Positions 28,761 through 39,521 of a DNA stretch of 64,000 bases are shown piece after piece. This DNA is from an uncultured Methanoregulaceae archaeon (GTDB lineage: Archaea; Halobacteriota; Methanomicrobia; Methanomicrobiales; Methanospirillaceae). Under the pieces are notes generated by a model. It worked only from the letters and a program-made list of their open reading frames with translations, had not been told where the DNA came from and did no database searches. Position numbers and translations under genes: made by a program. Where the stretch lies: NCBI GenBank assembly GCA_963701095.1, contig OY969564.1, forward strand, positions 832,001 through 896,000, read 5' to 3'. Positions within the stretch are counted from its first letter, which is position 1; every line of letters begins with the position of its first letter.

Positions 28761-30742
28761 ATATGCTTGAACAGGCTGTAAAGAAAGCCGCAGACGGGGA
28801 CCTGAAGGTCCGAATTGATGAGAATCGTGCAGAGACTGAAATCAAGCCGCTGGTGCAACATCTCAACAGGCTCATTGCAAAAGCCGAGGACACGGCAGAG
28901 AAGAAACACCGGGCGGACGCAATGATAAAGTATAACCCGCTGGCTATTTCGATCCTGAAAAAAGACCGGGTTATAGTAAATATCAATAAAAAATATGAAT
29001 CACTCTGGCGTGGAACACGGGAAGAGCTGATGAAAAAGAGGTTGTATGATTTTGATATAACCGTCCTTTCCGGTGACCACCTCTACGCTTGCTTTGAGAC
29101 AAGGAAACTCTCGGTAAGTTCCTGCCTTGTAAAATGGCCTGACGGAACCCAGAAATACATGACCCTCCAGGCAATGCCGATGCTCGATGCAGTCGGCGAA
29201 GTTGACGGTGCGTTCTATTTCTGGGTAGACAATACCGACCTCCACAATAAAATTGCAGAATCGGAACGAGTCAAGCAGCGAGCAGATCGTATCATAGAGG
29301 AGAACCCGTACGCATTGTTCACTATCGATACAAGCCTTGCAGTACGTTCTGCTAACAATGCATTCCTGAAACTGACCGGGTATTCACGCGATGAAACTGG
29401 TCGTCTCTCGATGAAGGATTTCAAGTACAAGAAAAACAAAGGTGCCAGTGTCGAATCGACCATATCATCCAAACAACGGGGGCACGGCGAATCGGTGATC
29501 GAGTTCCCCGCCGGAATACTGACCCTTGACTGGTACTATATCCCGCTTCTCGATGAGGCAGGTGCTGTTGACAGCTTACTTGTGGTATACAACGATATTA
29601 CCGACCGGCGCCGGCAGGAACAGGAAATCCAGCATCTCATGGAGGATTCCAAGAATAAAGCCAAGGAAATTTCCGATAGTGCAGTCGAGTCTGAGACCGG
29701 GCTTTCACGGATGGCGGAAGGAGATCTTACTTTCGTCGCTGAGATAATTGAAAAAGATCCCCTGGTTTCCTTAAAGAAAGACTATAACAAGGCAATTTCA
29801 TCAATAAAAAGCGTTGTTGAGGAGATCGCAAAAGCCGCCCACCAGCTCGATCTCACCACTGCAGATACCGGAAAGAGTACCCAGGAGATCTCAAAATCGA
29901 CAGAACAGGTGGCGATTTCGACACAGGAATCCGCAGAAGGGGCTAAGAAGCAGCTTATCGAAATAGAGAAGGTCGGTAGCGACGTCTCGGATCTCTCTGC
30001 GTCCATTGAAGAGATTGCAAGCACCTCCCATGATCTTATGACCCATGCCCAGAAAGCGGCAAGCGAGGGGAACCAGGCGGCAGAACCGGGTAAGGTTGCC
30101 ACGGCAAAGATGAAGACCGTAGAGAAGATCTCCGGAGAAAGCGTCAACGAGATAACAGCACTCAACGAGCGCATGAAAGAGATTTCCAATATTGTCAAGC
30201 TGATTGCCGATATCTCAAGCCAGACAAACCTTCTTGCCTTAAATGCCGCAATTGAGGCTGCACGTGCCGGCGAACATGGACGCGGGTTTGCTGTAGTTGC
30301 CGGAGAAGTGCGTAACCTTGCCGGGGAGTCCAAAAGCGCAACCAATAACATCGAGTCCCTGATTGGTTCCATCCAGAACAACAGCGAAAAAACAGCGGCT
30401 GCAATCAAAAACTCCTATCTGGAAATCCAGACCGGTATCGAGAGCGTTAACCAGACCATCGATGTACTCAACCGGATTATATCAGAGGCAAACGTCGTTT
30501 CCCAGGGAGTGACTGAGATCACAAAGGCGACCGAAGCACAAGCCGAAGCAACAAACCGGGTTATGCAGGGTGTGGAACACACAAACACCCTGTCCCGGGA
30601 GACCCAGCAGCGCATGGAAGATATGGCAGCCCTTGCTGAGGAAACCAGTGCATCGACAGAAGAGATCGCCAGTGCTTCGGCAGAACTCTCGCGTATGGCT
30701 GAACGACTTAAGGCTGCAACAGACAGGTTCAAAACACGGTGA
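28751..30742 (+). CDS. Soluble PAS-containing methyl-accepting chemotaxis protein
   Basis: Two PAS repeats, [27 protein letters not shown], no TM segment. Confidence 0.95.
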   Translation: MDVNMLEQAVKKAADGDLKVRIDENRAETEIKPLVQHLNRLIAKAEDTAEKKHRADAMIKYNPLAISILKKDRVIVNINKKYESLWRGTREELMKKRLYDFDITVLSGDHLYACFETRKLSVSSCLVKWPDGTQKYMTLQAMPMLDAVGEVDGAFYFWVDNTDLHNKIAESERVKQRADRIIEENPYALFTIDTSLAVRSANNAFLKLTGYSRDETGRLSMKDFKYKKNKGASVESTISSKQRGHGESVIEFPAGILTLDWYYIPLLDEAGAVDSLLVVYNDITDRRRQEQEIQHLMEDSKNKAKEISDSAVESETGLSRMAEGDLTFVAEIIEKDPLVSLKKDYNKAISSIKSVVEEIAKAAHQLDLTTADTGKSTQEISKSTEQVAISTQESAEGAKKQLIEIEKVGSDVSDLSASIEEIASTSHDLMTHAQKAASEGNQAAEPGKVATAKMKTVEKISGESVNEITALNERMKEISNIVKLIADISSQTNLLALNAAIEAARAGEHGRGFAVVAGEVRNLAGESKSATNNIESLIGSIQNNSEKTAAAIKNSYLEIQTGIESVNQTIDVLNRIISEANVVSQGVTEITKATEAQAEATNRVMQGVEHTNTLSRETQQRMEDMAALAEETSASTEEIASASAELSRMAERLKAATDRFKTR

Positions 30743-30745
30743 ACT

Positions 30746-31258
30746 ATGGCCGGTAACATAGATGTGGTAGAGTTCGAGCTTGGCGGGGAACGGTATGCCC
30801 TTGACATCAATCTTGCCCGTGAAATTGTAGAGATGATGCCCATCACGCCTATACCCCGGGCACCCGCCTATATCTCCGGAGTCATCAATCTCCGGGGAGA
30901 GATCACCAATATCATGAACCTTAACACGCTTCTGGGGTTACCTGACAAGGACATCCGGGAAAACCAGAAGATCATTGTCCTTGTTCCTGAAGCAGCAAAA
31001 GGAAACAACGTCGGGATCATTGTTGACGATGTCTCCAGTGTCCGGCAGGTAGCCGAGGCCGATATTGAGCATATCGGTGCCGGGATTTCTTCAGAATTCT
31101 CACAGTTTGTCAAAGGTATTATCAAGGTTTCGGCAGAAGACGCCGAGAAAAAGAGAAAGGATCTCATCATCTGGCTCGATATGGAAAAAGTGATCGTGGA
31201 TCTGGGCAGCCGGTCCAAAAACAGCCCGGGTGCAGGACTCATCCACGAATCAGATTAA
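30746..31258 (+). CDS. cheW: Chemotaxis protein CheW
   Basis: ITPIPRAP..GVINLRGEI, GIIVDDV. Confidence 0.95.
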   Translation: MAGNIDVVEFELGGERYALDINLAREIVEMMPITPIPRAPAYISGVINLRGEITNIMNLNTLLGLPDKDIRENQKIIVLVPEAAKGNNVGIIVDDVSSVRQVAEADIEHIGAGISSEFSQFVKGIIKVSAEDAEKKRKDLIIWLDMEKVIVDLGSRSKNSPGAGLIHESD

Positions 31259-31283
31259 TTTTTTTAAAAACGAAGGGAAAAGA

Positions 31284-34182
31284 ATGACCGAACAACGACC
31301 GGGAAGAAAAGCATTATTTGTCGGGGCACCGGCAGGACGAAGTGCTCCCGATGAGATCGCCGAGCATGTACGGGAGTTAAACGAGGAACTCGCCCTTGCA
31401 CTCAAAGGAGCTCTTGCAAACAAAACGGTAAAAACACTGGAATCAGCGCATTTTGGCAGCGAGTATGCGACACTTGTGGATGCAGTCAATATATCGTTGA
31501 CCCAGATGGCTGCTGCCGGGTCCGGACCTGCGGCTCCAGAAGGAGCATCCCCTGAGGTACTCGACGCATGCCTGACAAAAATTGACACGCTCGAACGAAG
31601 GCTCGAGTTTATGGAAAAGAACAACCCGGTCCCGATGCTTATTACGACGCCGACCCTGGACATTACCGAAGCTAATGCCGCATATATTGAAATGAGCGGG
31701 ATCCCCGAGACCAAAATCCTTTCAACAAATATCCGTGATTTTGCGGTTACAAGCAGGTCCGGTGAAGATGCCGGCGTTGCCCTTGATAAGAAACGGCGGG
31801 CCGTTGGCCAACTCACCATAATGTTCCCTTCAGGTGAACATACCCTTGAACAGTACCTGTATCCCGGTCGTTGACAGTACAGGAGAGGTTGCATCCCTGG
31901 TAATTCTCTACGATGATCTCACCACAAAGCGCAAAAAGAACCAGGAGATAGAACGGCTCAAGATCCGGTCTGAAATAATTGTCCAGCAGAACCCGATGCC
32001 CATCGTTCTTGCCGATACAGGATTCAAAATACGGGTAGTAAACGATGCCTATGTCGCGCTCACCGGTATTGAAAAAAGCCGGCTTTTGGCCATGTCGTTA
32101 CGCGATTTCAGGATTATCGAACAAACCGGTGAAGGATTAAAGAAAGTCATCGAGACTGGGACCCGTTCTGCGGGCGAAGTCATGGTTGAGTTTCCCCGAG
32201 GTATCCGCCAGCTCCGGCAGTACGGTATCCCTATTCCCGGCGCAAAAGGTGCGATCGAAAGTATCCTTATTGTCTATATCGACATCACCGATGAAAGAAA
32301 GGAAATGGAGGAAGTGCTTGCGGCACGACGCATGTCCGAAACGATGGTCCAGCAGAACCCGATCCCCATCCTGATGGCCGATCGTTCATTTAAGATCATT
32401 ACGGCAAACCCCGCATACGAGAAAATGAGCGGGTACCAGTTGGACCGGATTAATGGGATGAACCTGCGTGATATAAAAATCCGCGAACAGAAAGGCGAAG
32501 GTGCTGGCGTTGCGATCAAGGAAAAACGCCGTGCATTCGGCGAAGTCACCGTGGATCTTCCCAGCGGCACAAAGATCCTTGAACAATATGCGATGCCACT
32601 TCTGGATAAATCAAACGAGATCGAACATCTCCTTCTGGTTTATAACGACGTGACTGCACAACGTGCAAGCCAGCAGGATCTTGCAAAGAAGATGGAGGAA
32701 GTTGCTGGCCTCAAGAAGCGGTCCGATATTATTGTTATGCAGAACCCGATGCCCATCATGCTCATGGATACATCCTTCAAGATCATTATGGCAAACGAGG
32801 CGTACACGAGCCTTACCGGCCTCTCCAAGGAAAAACTGCATGGCATGAACGCCCGGGAGTTCAAGATCCTTTCCCAGACAGGAGAAGGACTTAAAAAAGT
32901 AATAACCGAAAAAAGACGGAGTTTCGGCGAGATCACCATCGAATTCCCGACCGGCGTGCATATTCTGGAACAGTTCGGTATTCCCATGCTGGATGCCCAG
33001 CAGAACATCTCGACCATCCTCTGCGTCTACGTCGATGTTACGGCAAGGCGTGAACAGGAGAAAAAGATCCAGGAGATGATGGAAGAGGCAAAAGCAAATG
33101 CAGAACTGCTTTCTGCAAGTGCTGTCGAGCTCCAGACGGGTCTTGCAAAGATAGCAGCGGGAGATCTTACATGCCAGCTCAGCATTGACGATGCAGATCC
33201 ACTGTTACCCCTCAAAAAGGATTACAACACTTCTGTTAAGGCAATCCATGCGGTTATTGCTGAACTTACACACTCTATCGCAAAACTGGACGTAACCATC
33301 AAGGATACCATCAGGAGTACCGATGATATCGCAAAAGCGACCGAGCAGGTGGCCATCTCGTCACAGAAAGCAACAGATAACGCTAAAATCCAGATGGTCA
33401 GTGTCGAGAAGATATCCGGCGTAATATCCGATGTCTCGGCCTCGATTGAGGAGATAGCGAGCACGTCTCATGATGTGATGGTCCATGCCGAAAAAGCAGC
33501 CAGTGAAGGCGCCCGGGCCGCTGGTGTCGGCAAGACAGCGACAGACAAAATGCAGGCTGTTGAGAAGATCTCCCTGCAGAGTGTGAATGAGATCACAGCG
33601 TTAAACGAGCAGATGCGCCAGATCTCAAAAATTGTCAATCTGATCACCGATATTGCAAACCAGACCAACCTTCTTGCCCTGAATGCAGCGATCGAGGCAG
33701 CTCGCGCCGGCGAACACGGGCGAGGATTTGCGGTAGTCGCCGGGGAGGTAAAAAACCTTGCCGGTGAATCCAAGAAAGCGAGCAGCCAGATCGAAACCCT
33801 CATAAAATCCATCCAGACAAAAAGCGAAAACACGGCCTCGTCTATCAAGAACTCTTTTGAAGAGATTAAAGGCGGTATCGAAAGCGTCAATATGACTGTC
33901 GAGTCGCTCACAAGGATCGTTTCTGAGGCAAACGTGGTTTCCCAGGGCATCACCGAGATAACAAAAGCAACTGAAAGCCAGGCACAGGCGACCACGAACC
34001 TGATGGCCGATGTCGAATCAGTCAGAACCGCCACCAAGAACAACCAGCAGCGTATGGAAGATATGGCGGCGCTTGCTGAGGAAACCAGTGCATCGACAGA
34101 AGAGATTGCCAGTGCCTCGGCAGAACTCTCGGCCATGGCAGAACGCTGCAGCGGAATGATGAAGGAGTTCCATACCGAATGA
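31284..34182 (+). CDS. Soluble multi-PAS methyl-accepting chemotaxis protein; apparent frameshift near 31855
   Basis: Four NP.P-starting PAS repeats and an MCP signalling hairpin; paralogue of 28751..30742. Confidence 0.9.
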
Positions 34183-34255
34183 AAGTGAAGCTTGCCAAAA
34201 GAATACTATTTGTACTTTTTCTATACCAATGCGCCCCTGAGCGCAGGAGTGTTCC

Positions 34256-35065
34256 ATGACTATAACGAAGGATGACGGTTTTTTGGCCCTGAAACGATTT
34301 ATCGAACAGACCCTTAAAATCCAGTGTTCCAACTATAAAGAAGACTATATCAAACGCCGGCTGCTTTCCCGGATGCGTTCAACTGGTACCACGACATATG
34401 AAGAGTATTTAAAATACCTCCGCGAACACACCCCGGAACTCGAGAACCTGAGAAATGCACTCACTATAAACGTAACGGAATTTTTCCGGGATGCAGACGT
34501 GTACGATATGGTCAGAAAAGAAATCCTTCCTGCACTTTTTAAAGGACGAAAAACAATCCGTATCTGGTGTGCAGGCTGTTCAACCGGGGAAGAGCCCTAT
34601 TCCCTTGCTATGATTCTTTCAGATATCATGGCCGCTGACAAGACTGTTTCCGGCCAGATCTTTGCCACCGATATCGATGAAGTCGTCTTAAAAAAAGCAA
34701 AAGAAGGGATCTATTCGGAAAAATCGATGGGAAAACTCGCCGAATCCCAAATCCACCGGCATTTCACCAAGCTGCCTGACGGGACGTTCCAGGCCAAACC
34801 ACAGCTCCAGGCACTTATCCGGTTCCGTCCCCACGACCTCATGAGCGGCCAGCCGATTTCCCGGTTTCTCGACATGATCAGCTGCCGAAACGTGACCATC
34901 TACTTTACCGAGAAGCAAAAAGACGAGCTTGCACGGACGTTCCATAATGCACTGGTTCCCGGAGGGTACTATGTGATGGGTAAAACCGAATACCTCGGGC
35001 GCGAAGTTGAAGGGCTTTATACCCCGGTAAATTCCATCCTGAAGGTCTATAAAAGAAAAGAATAA
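34256..35065 (+). CDS. cheR: Chemotaxis methyltransferase CheR
   Basis: TINVTEFFRD, IWCAGCSTGEEPYS, CRNV.IYF. Confidence 0.95.
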   Translation: MTITKDDGFLALKRFIEQTLKIQCSNYKEDYIKRRLLSRMRSTGTTTYEEYLKYLREHTPELENLRNALTINVTEFFRDADVYDMVRKEILPALFKGRKTIRIWCAGCSTGEEPYSLAMILSDIMAADKTVSGQIFATDIDEVVLKKAKEGIYSEKSMGKLAESQIHRHFTKLPDGTFQAKPQLQALIRFRPHDLMSGQPISRFLDMISCRNVTIYFTEKQKDELARTFHNALVPGGYYVMGKTEYLGREVEGLYTPVNSILKVYKRKE

Positions 35066-35076
35066 CTCTTTTTTGG

Positions 35077-35358
35077 TTAATGTTGCTGGCGATCGTCCTG
35101 TGCGAGTTTAGATTCCTTCCCGATATTTTTTGTCAGATCTCTCTGCAGGGCCTTTCGTGACGTCTGGAGTTTTATCTGGTTATAGACAGTAACAAAGTTA
35201 ACGCCTATAACAATTATGACAAGCATCAGGCTTACCCAGAGCATGATACCATTCACGGTAAGAAATGCGGACCAGAGAAGGACGACAAAAGAGATCAGGT
35301 AAAAAATGACCCATGTCCTGATGCCCGGAATCTCCATAACAAGGAATATAGATCCCAA
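35077..35358 (-). CDS. Small 2-TM membrane protein
   Basis: Two hydrophobic segments and a charged tail. Confidence 0.6.
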   Translation of the reverse strand: MGSIFLVMEIPGIRTWVIFYLISFVVLLWSAFLTVNGIMLWVSLMLVIIVIGVNFVTVYNQIKLQTSRKALQRDLTKNIGKESKLAQDDRQQH

Positions 35359-35483
35359 GAATACTAATATATTCCCGCCTGTTTTCCGGAGGAGGTTGCA
35401 AAAGTCGGACTCTCTTCACGGACAATCTTTGCAATGGCATAAAACATGACAATTTTTTATAGAAAACGTAACCAGTAGTACAT

Positions 35484-36104
35484 GTGGATAAAGGGGATAT
35501 TTACACACTCATTGGCGGATTTGTCGTAATCCTGGTCGTTGCCGTTATTGCAAACCATGGTTTGATATCCCCCAGCAGTCCGACGACGAATGTACCCACT
35601 GTTTCCGTCACGCAAGTGCCCGTTCCATCGAGCGTTGTTCAGACGCCGACGGTACCCCCGACCTTACAATTACCGGTACCTTACCAGATTATCCTGACAA
35701 CCAACCCGTTTTCCTATCCGGTGATACATCTACCTGATCATATGGAAACCTACGGGGTCTCTAACACCCCCCGGGGAAATGTGAATATACCTTTTGCGTA
35801 TGTCGAAGATTCACGGGGGGGTCTTACGACGATCTTTAAAGTCCCCTACGCCGTCTGGGCTTTGAATATCAGCGTCACGGCAAACACCCACCCTCAGTAT
35901 GCAACGTTCGACATGGTACTCTGCGATGCGAAGACCGGATCTATCATTACCGGTTCTGAAATCCTCAACGGCGGGACAATGTATAAGATTGTCCGTACCT
36001 CAGGTTCGGTGTATATGATAATCGGTGTCAATTACGTCGATGATTACCGAATCACGCTGGAAACACCAATCTCATACTTTGAAAATGCCAGCTCCCAGAC
36101 ATAA
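35484..36104 (+). CDS. Hypothetical membrane-anchored protein
   Basis: N-terminal TM, Pro/Thr linker and beta-rich domain. Confidence 0.65.
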   Translation: MDKGDIYTLIGGFVVILVVAVIANHGLISPSSPTTNVPTVSVTQVPVPSSVVQTPTVPPTLQLPVPYQIILTTNPFSYPVIHLPDHMETYGVSNTPRGNVNIPFAYVEDSRGGLTTIFKVPYAVWALNISVTANTHPQYATFDMVLCDAKTGSIITGSEILNGGTMYKIVRTSGSVYMIIGVNYVDDYRITLETPISYFENASSQT

Positions 36105-36142
36105 CCAGTTAAAGAGTGATAACGACGGGCAGACTTCCTTAA

Positions 36143-36331
36143 TTACCCGATCTTTTCCACGATCACCCTGACGCGGTCGCCGGTTTTGAACGAGTGGCCT
36201 TTGGGGACATCGATATTGAACCAGAGGACACCCGGGTTATCCTGGGTTGGATCCTGGGACATCAGGCAATCCTTCTCTTCGTTGATATTGGCAACAAAAT
36301 CAATAGACGACTCGAACTCAATTTTTGTCAT
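36143..36331 (-). CDS. Hypothetical small beta-barrel-like protein
   Basis: 62 aa ending FKTGDRVRVIVEK. Confidence 0.55.
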   Translation of the reverse strand: MTKIEFESSIDFVANINEEKDCLMSQDPTQDNPGVLWFNIDVPKGHSFKTGDRVRVIVEKIG

Positions 36332-36388
36332 AATAAATGTATTTTAAGCGCAGTATTTAGTTATAATTGCTGGCCAAATTAGACTCTG

Positions 36389-36586
36389 ATGTATTCCGTT
36401 AAGCCGTACCTTAACACGCTAAAACTGGCAAAAAGAAGCCAGCAGACGATTACCTATTACCATTCTATCCTGAAAACGTATGCCGCATTTCTCGGAATAT
36501 CCCCGGACTACCTGCGTACCCGTCTCGATGCCACAAATCTCATCGACTATCCGGCATCACTTTACGGAGGAGTGAACGGGGAGTAA
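36389..36586 (+). pseudogene. Probable N-terminal (SAM-like) fragment of a tyrosine recombinase
   Basis: YLNTLKLAKRSQQTITYYHSILKTYAAFLG resembles the S..Ti..Y...l..f..fl motif. No catalytic domain follows. Confidence 0.5.
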
Positions 36587-36725
36587 GGACCTATCCCGAT
36601 ATACGAACCCGAAGCTTGGACCTAATTAATATTCAAAAGATGTTTATCTTTGATATAATTATATTGTGAACAAATATTTATATATCTGTAATATATTATA
36701 TTTAGATCTGGGCTAGATGATCTGA

Positions 36726-37346
36726 ATGAGCACCATCCTCGTTGTTGACGATAATATCTATGTCGTTGACGTTCTTTTAAAAATGCTTAAACACGGGGGA
36801 TACCTTGCCTTTGGTACATATAGCGGAGAAGAATGCCAGACCGTCCTAAAAAATATAACGCCGGATCTAATCCTGCTCGATATTATGATGGAACCGATGG
36901 ATGGATGGAAGACGCTGGAAAAGATCAAAGGAGGATCAACTACAGCTCAAATTCCGGTAATTATGCTTACATCAAAAAATGTGACACCAGCCGAAGTGGA
37001 GAATTATGGTAAATACATCGAAGATTATGTTTTAAAACCTGTCACAAACATTGAGCTTTATAATGTGATTGAGCATGTGTTCCAGCGCCGGCAGATTATC
37101 AAGGCCGATGTAGGTCGGGCCGTGCAGCGAGGGATTTATCCTGACGTTATCGATGAATATGCCCATCTTTCAAGAAGCATCGATATCAACAGTCGATTCT
37201 TGAATATTTTCGAAACCGGGTATATTCTCGATGAGTCGAGCATATACAGTGACAAATTAGGCCAAGCGCTGGAAAAATTGGACGCTATCATCAAGGTTCA
37301 GAAAACGCGCCTCCAGCAGATCCAAGAAGAAATTCAAGCAGCGTAA
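36726..37346 (+). CDS. Response regulator (REC plus helical C-terminal domain)
   Basis: ILVVDD, LLDIMMEPMDG, MLTS, LKP. Confidence 0.9.
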   Translation: MSTILVVDDNIYVVDVLLKMLKHGGYLAFGTYSGEECQTVLKNITPDLILLDIMMEPMDGWKTLEKIKGGSTTAQIPVIMLTSKNVTPAEVENYGKYIEDYVLKPVTNIELYNVIEHVFQRRQIIKADVGRAVQRGIYPDVIDEYAHLSRSIDINSRFLNIFETGYILDESSIYSDKLGQALEKLDAIIKVQKTRLQQIQEEIQAA

Positions 37347-37589
37347 CGGGCTTCTCTTTCATATTATAACAAGACTTAAAAAAATCGTTTATACTACGCT
37401 ATTAGAAGAAATTCTATGAAAGCATCTGTTCTTCAACAAGACGTTATGATCCTGAAAAAGTGCTGGCGGAAATCAATGCGAAACCGAAGGGGAAATCCTG
37501 GTTACATTCAACTGATATTTTTTGACTTTACATTCATTTGATTGGCATATATTTATATATAAATAAAATATTCATTTGGAATTTGATGG

Positions 37590-38222
37590 ATGATCCAAAT
37601 GAAAACTATTCTCGTTGTGGACGATAATCTCGATGTCGTTGAAGTCTTTATGGACATGCTCAAAGAAGGAGGTTATCATTCCCTGGTAGCGTTTAGCGGT
37701 GAAGAATGCCTTGATATTTTAAAAAAGGATACGCCGGATCTTATCATCCTCGATATTATGATGGAACCGATGGATGGATGGGAGACACTGGAAAAGATCA
37801 AATCAGATGTGATATCGGTACGTATTCCCGTTCTTATGCTTACATCGAAACAAGTGATGCCGGCCGAGATGAAAAAGTACGGCAACTATATCGAAGATTA
37901 TGTCCTGAAACCTGTTACCAACTACGAGCTTTATGACGTGATTGAGCATGTGTTCCGTCGCCAGCAGCAGATTCGTTCCGAGGTGGATCGGGCTCGACAG
38001 AGCGGGATTGATTTTGGCATCATCACTGAATATGCACAACTTTCAAGAAGTATTGATATCAACAATCGATTCTTGCATATTTTCAAAACAATGAATGATC
38101 TTAATAATTCGTTCAAAGATGCCAGTGAAAACATCGCTGAAACGCTGGAGAAATTGGGTACTACTATCAAGGTTCAGAGGATTCGCCTCCAGCAGATCCA
38201 GGAAGAAATTAAAGTAGCATAA
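37590..38222 (+). CDS. Response regulator, tandem paralogue of the previous gene
   Basis: Same motifs; shared EYA.LSRSIDIN.RFL and RLQQIQEEI. Confidence 0.9.
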   Translation: MIQMKTILVVDDNLDVVEVFMDMLKEGGYHSLVAFSGEECLDILKKDTPDLIILDIMMEPMDGWETLEKIKSDVISVRIPVLMLTSKQVMPAEMKKYGNYIEDYVLKPVTNYELYDVIEHVFRRQQQIRSEVDRARQSGIDFGIITEYAQLSRSIDINNRFLHIFKTMNDLNNSFKDASENIAETLEKLGTTIKVQRIRLQQIQEEIKVA

Positions 38223-38232
38223 CCAGGTTATT

Positions 38233-39045
38233 GTGAGAAATTCCTTGAAAGTTTCTGTGCTCTGCCATAGCATTTGCATTTTCCTTACGATCGTCTCAAT
38301 TACGATTGCAGGATGTGTTTCAAATGAAAACTCACCAACAGCTCTTCTACCCAATACGTCCATTGTTCATGTGACGAACACATCTAAACCAATAACGGAG
38401 GTGACCATGAACCCAGCCTTATCAAACGCACCTCCGTTTATCACGATAGATCCCATCGGGAACCATACGGTTGGGGATGTATTCTTTATTAATGGAACAA
38501 CGAATTTCCCGGCTTTTAATGGGTCTCTTGATCTTGACATCTCAACTGCTAATTTAAATCCGGGTGGTTGGGGTCCAACGTACCGTTCAAAGGTGTCTAT
38601 TCAACCCGGAGAAAATGGGGTTAATACATGGTCATGTAATGCTACCGTGGGTCCAGGGTGGAGTGTGTATCCTCCTTCCAGAACACCGGAATCTATTTCT
38701 GAAAGTGTTTCAGAGAGTGTAGGGATAGGTCAGAATGAAGTCCTGGTAGACGTGGTATCATCAGACACAATAGCCTCACAAACTTTTTTCCTCTTTCCTG
38801 AAGAACCGAATTCTACCCCGTTTATCACAATAGAAACTATCTGAAATAAGACATTTTTTGAGCCATTTATAATCAGCGGAACAACGAATTTGCCAGTTTC
38901 TGATAATCAAAGTCTCCTATTAAGACCAGGTCACCCATGGTCCCGGCCGGGGCCTGAACCGATTTGGGATGGGTATAACAAGTATGAAGGGCCTCTCGTC
39001 AGTATTCGCAGCGATTTTTGTTACAAGATACTGGTACAAGAATAA
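38233..39045 (+). CDS. Lipoprotein with repeated domain; in-frame TGA at 38842
   Basis: IAGC lipobox. PFITIDPIGNH..INGTTNF is repeated as PFITIETI*NK..ISGTTNL, and the frame stays open to 39045. Confidence 0.55.
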
Positions 39046-39069
39046 AAGAAGGCGGGGATACCAAAAAAA

Positions 39070-39321
39070 CTACATGGCACGGGTCGTGACCATCCACGTC
39101 GTGCTGTTCGAATAACTCCATCTGATGATGGATAGTTCTTTGCACATATCGGCAAGAATTGCCATATTGGTTCCTACTTCCTTTGGGGACAAGCCCAGAT
39201 CTTTTGCTATGTATTTGGACTTGAAGTAATGTTTACCTTTGTCCATGCCTGTTTGAAGATAGGAAACAATTTTGTGCTGGGTTTCGTTGTATTTTTCACG
39301 TATGTTTTTACCTGGGGACAT
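39070..39321 (-). CDS. Small conserved archaeal winged-HTH-like protein
   Basis: YFKSKYIAKDLGLSPKEVG..WSYSNSTTW. Confidence 0.75.
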   Translation of the reverse strand: MSPGKNIREKYNETQHKIVSYLQTGMDKGKHYFKSKYIAKDLGLSPKEVGTNMAILADMCKELSIIRWSYSNSTTWMVTTRAM

Positions 39322-39521
39322 GTCTCGCCTCAGTATTAGAAAATCATATGGATCAAGATGTATTTATAAATATCTAATAGTACCAGTAAGATTAATCCGT
39401 TTTTTGGGCAATAGTGACGCAAATAAGACACCGAAAATATTTTAGTCAGTTAAATTTCATGCTGACCTGTTTCCGGCTGTTATTTCCAGTATTTTCATGC
39501 CAATAAAGGAATGAGGGAATA

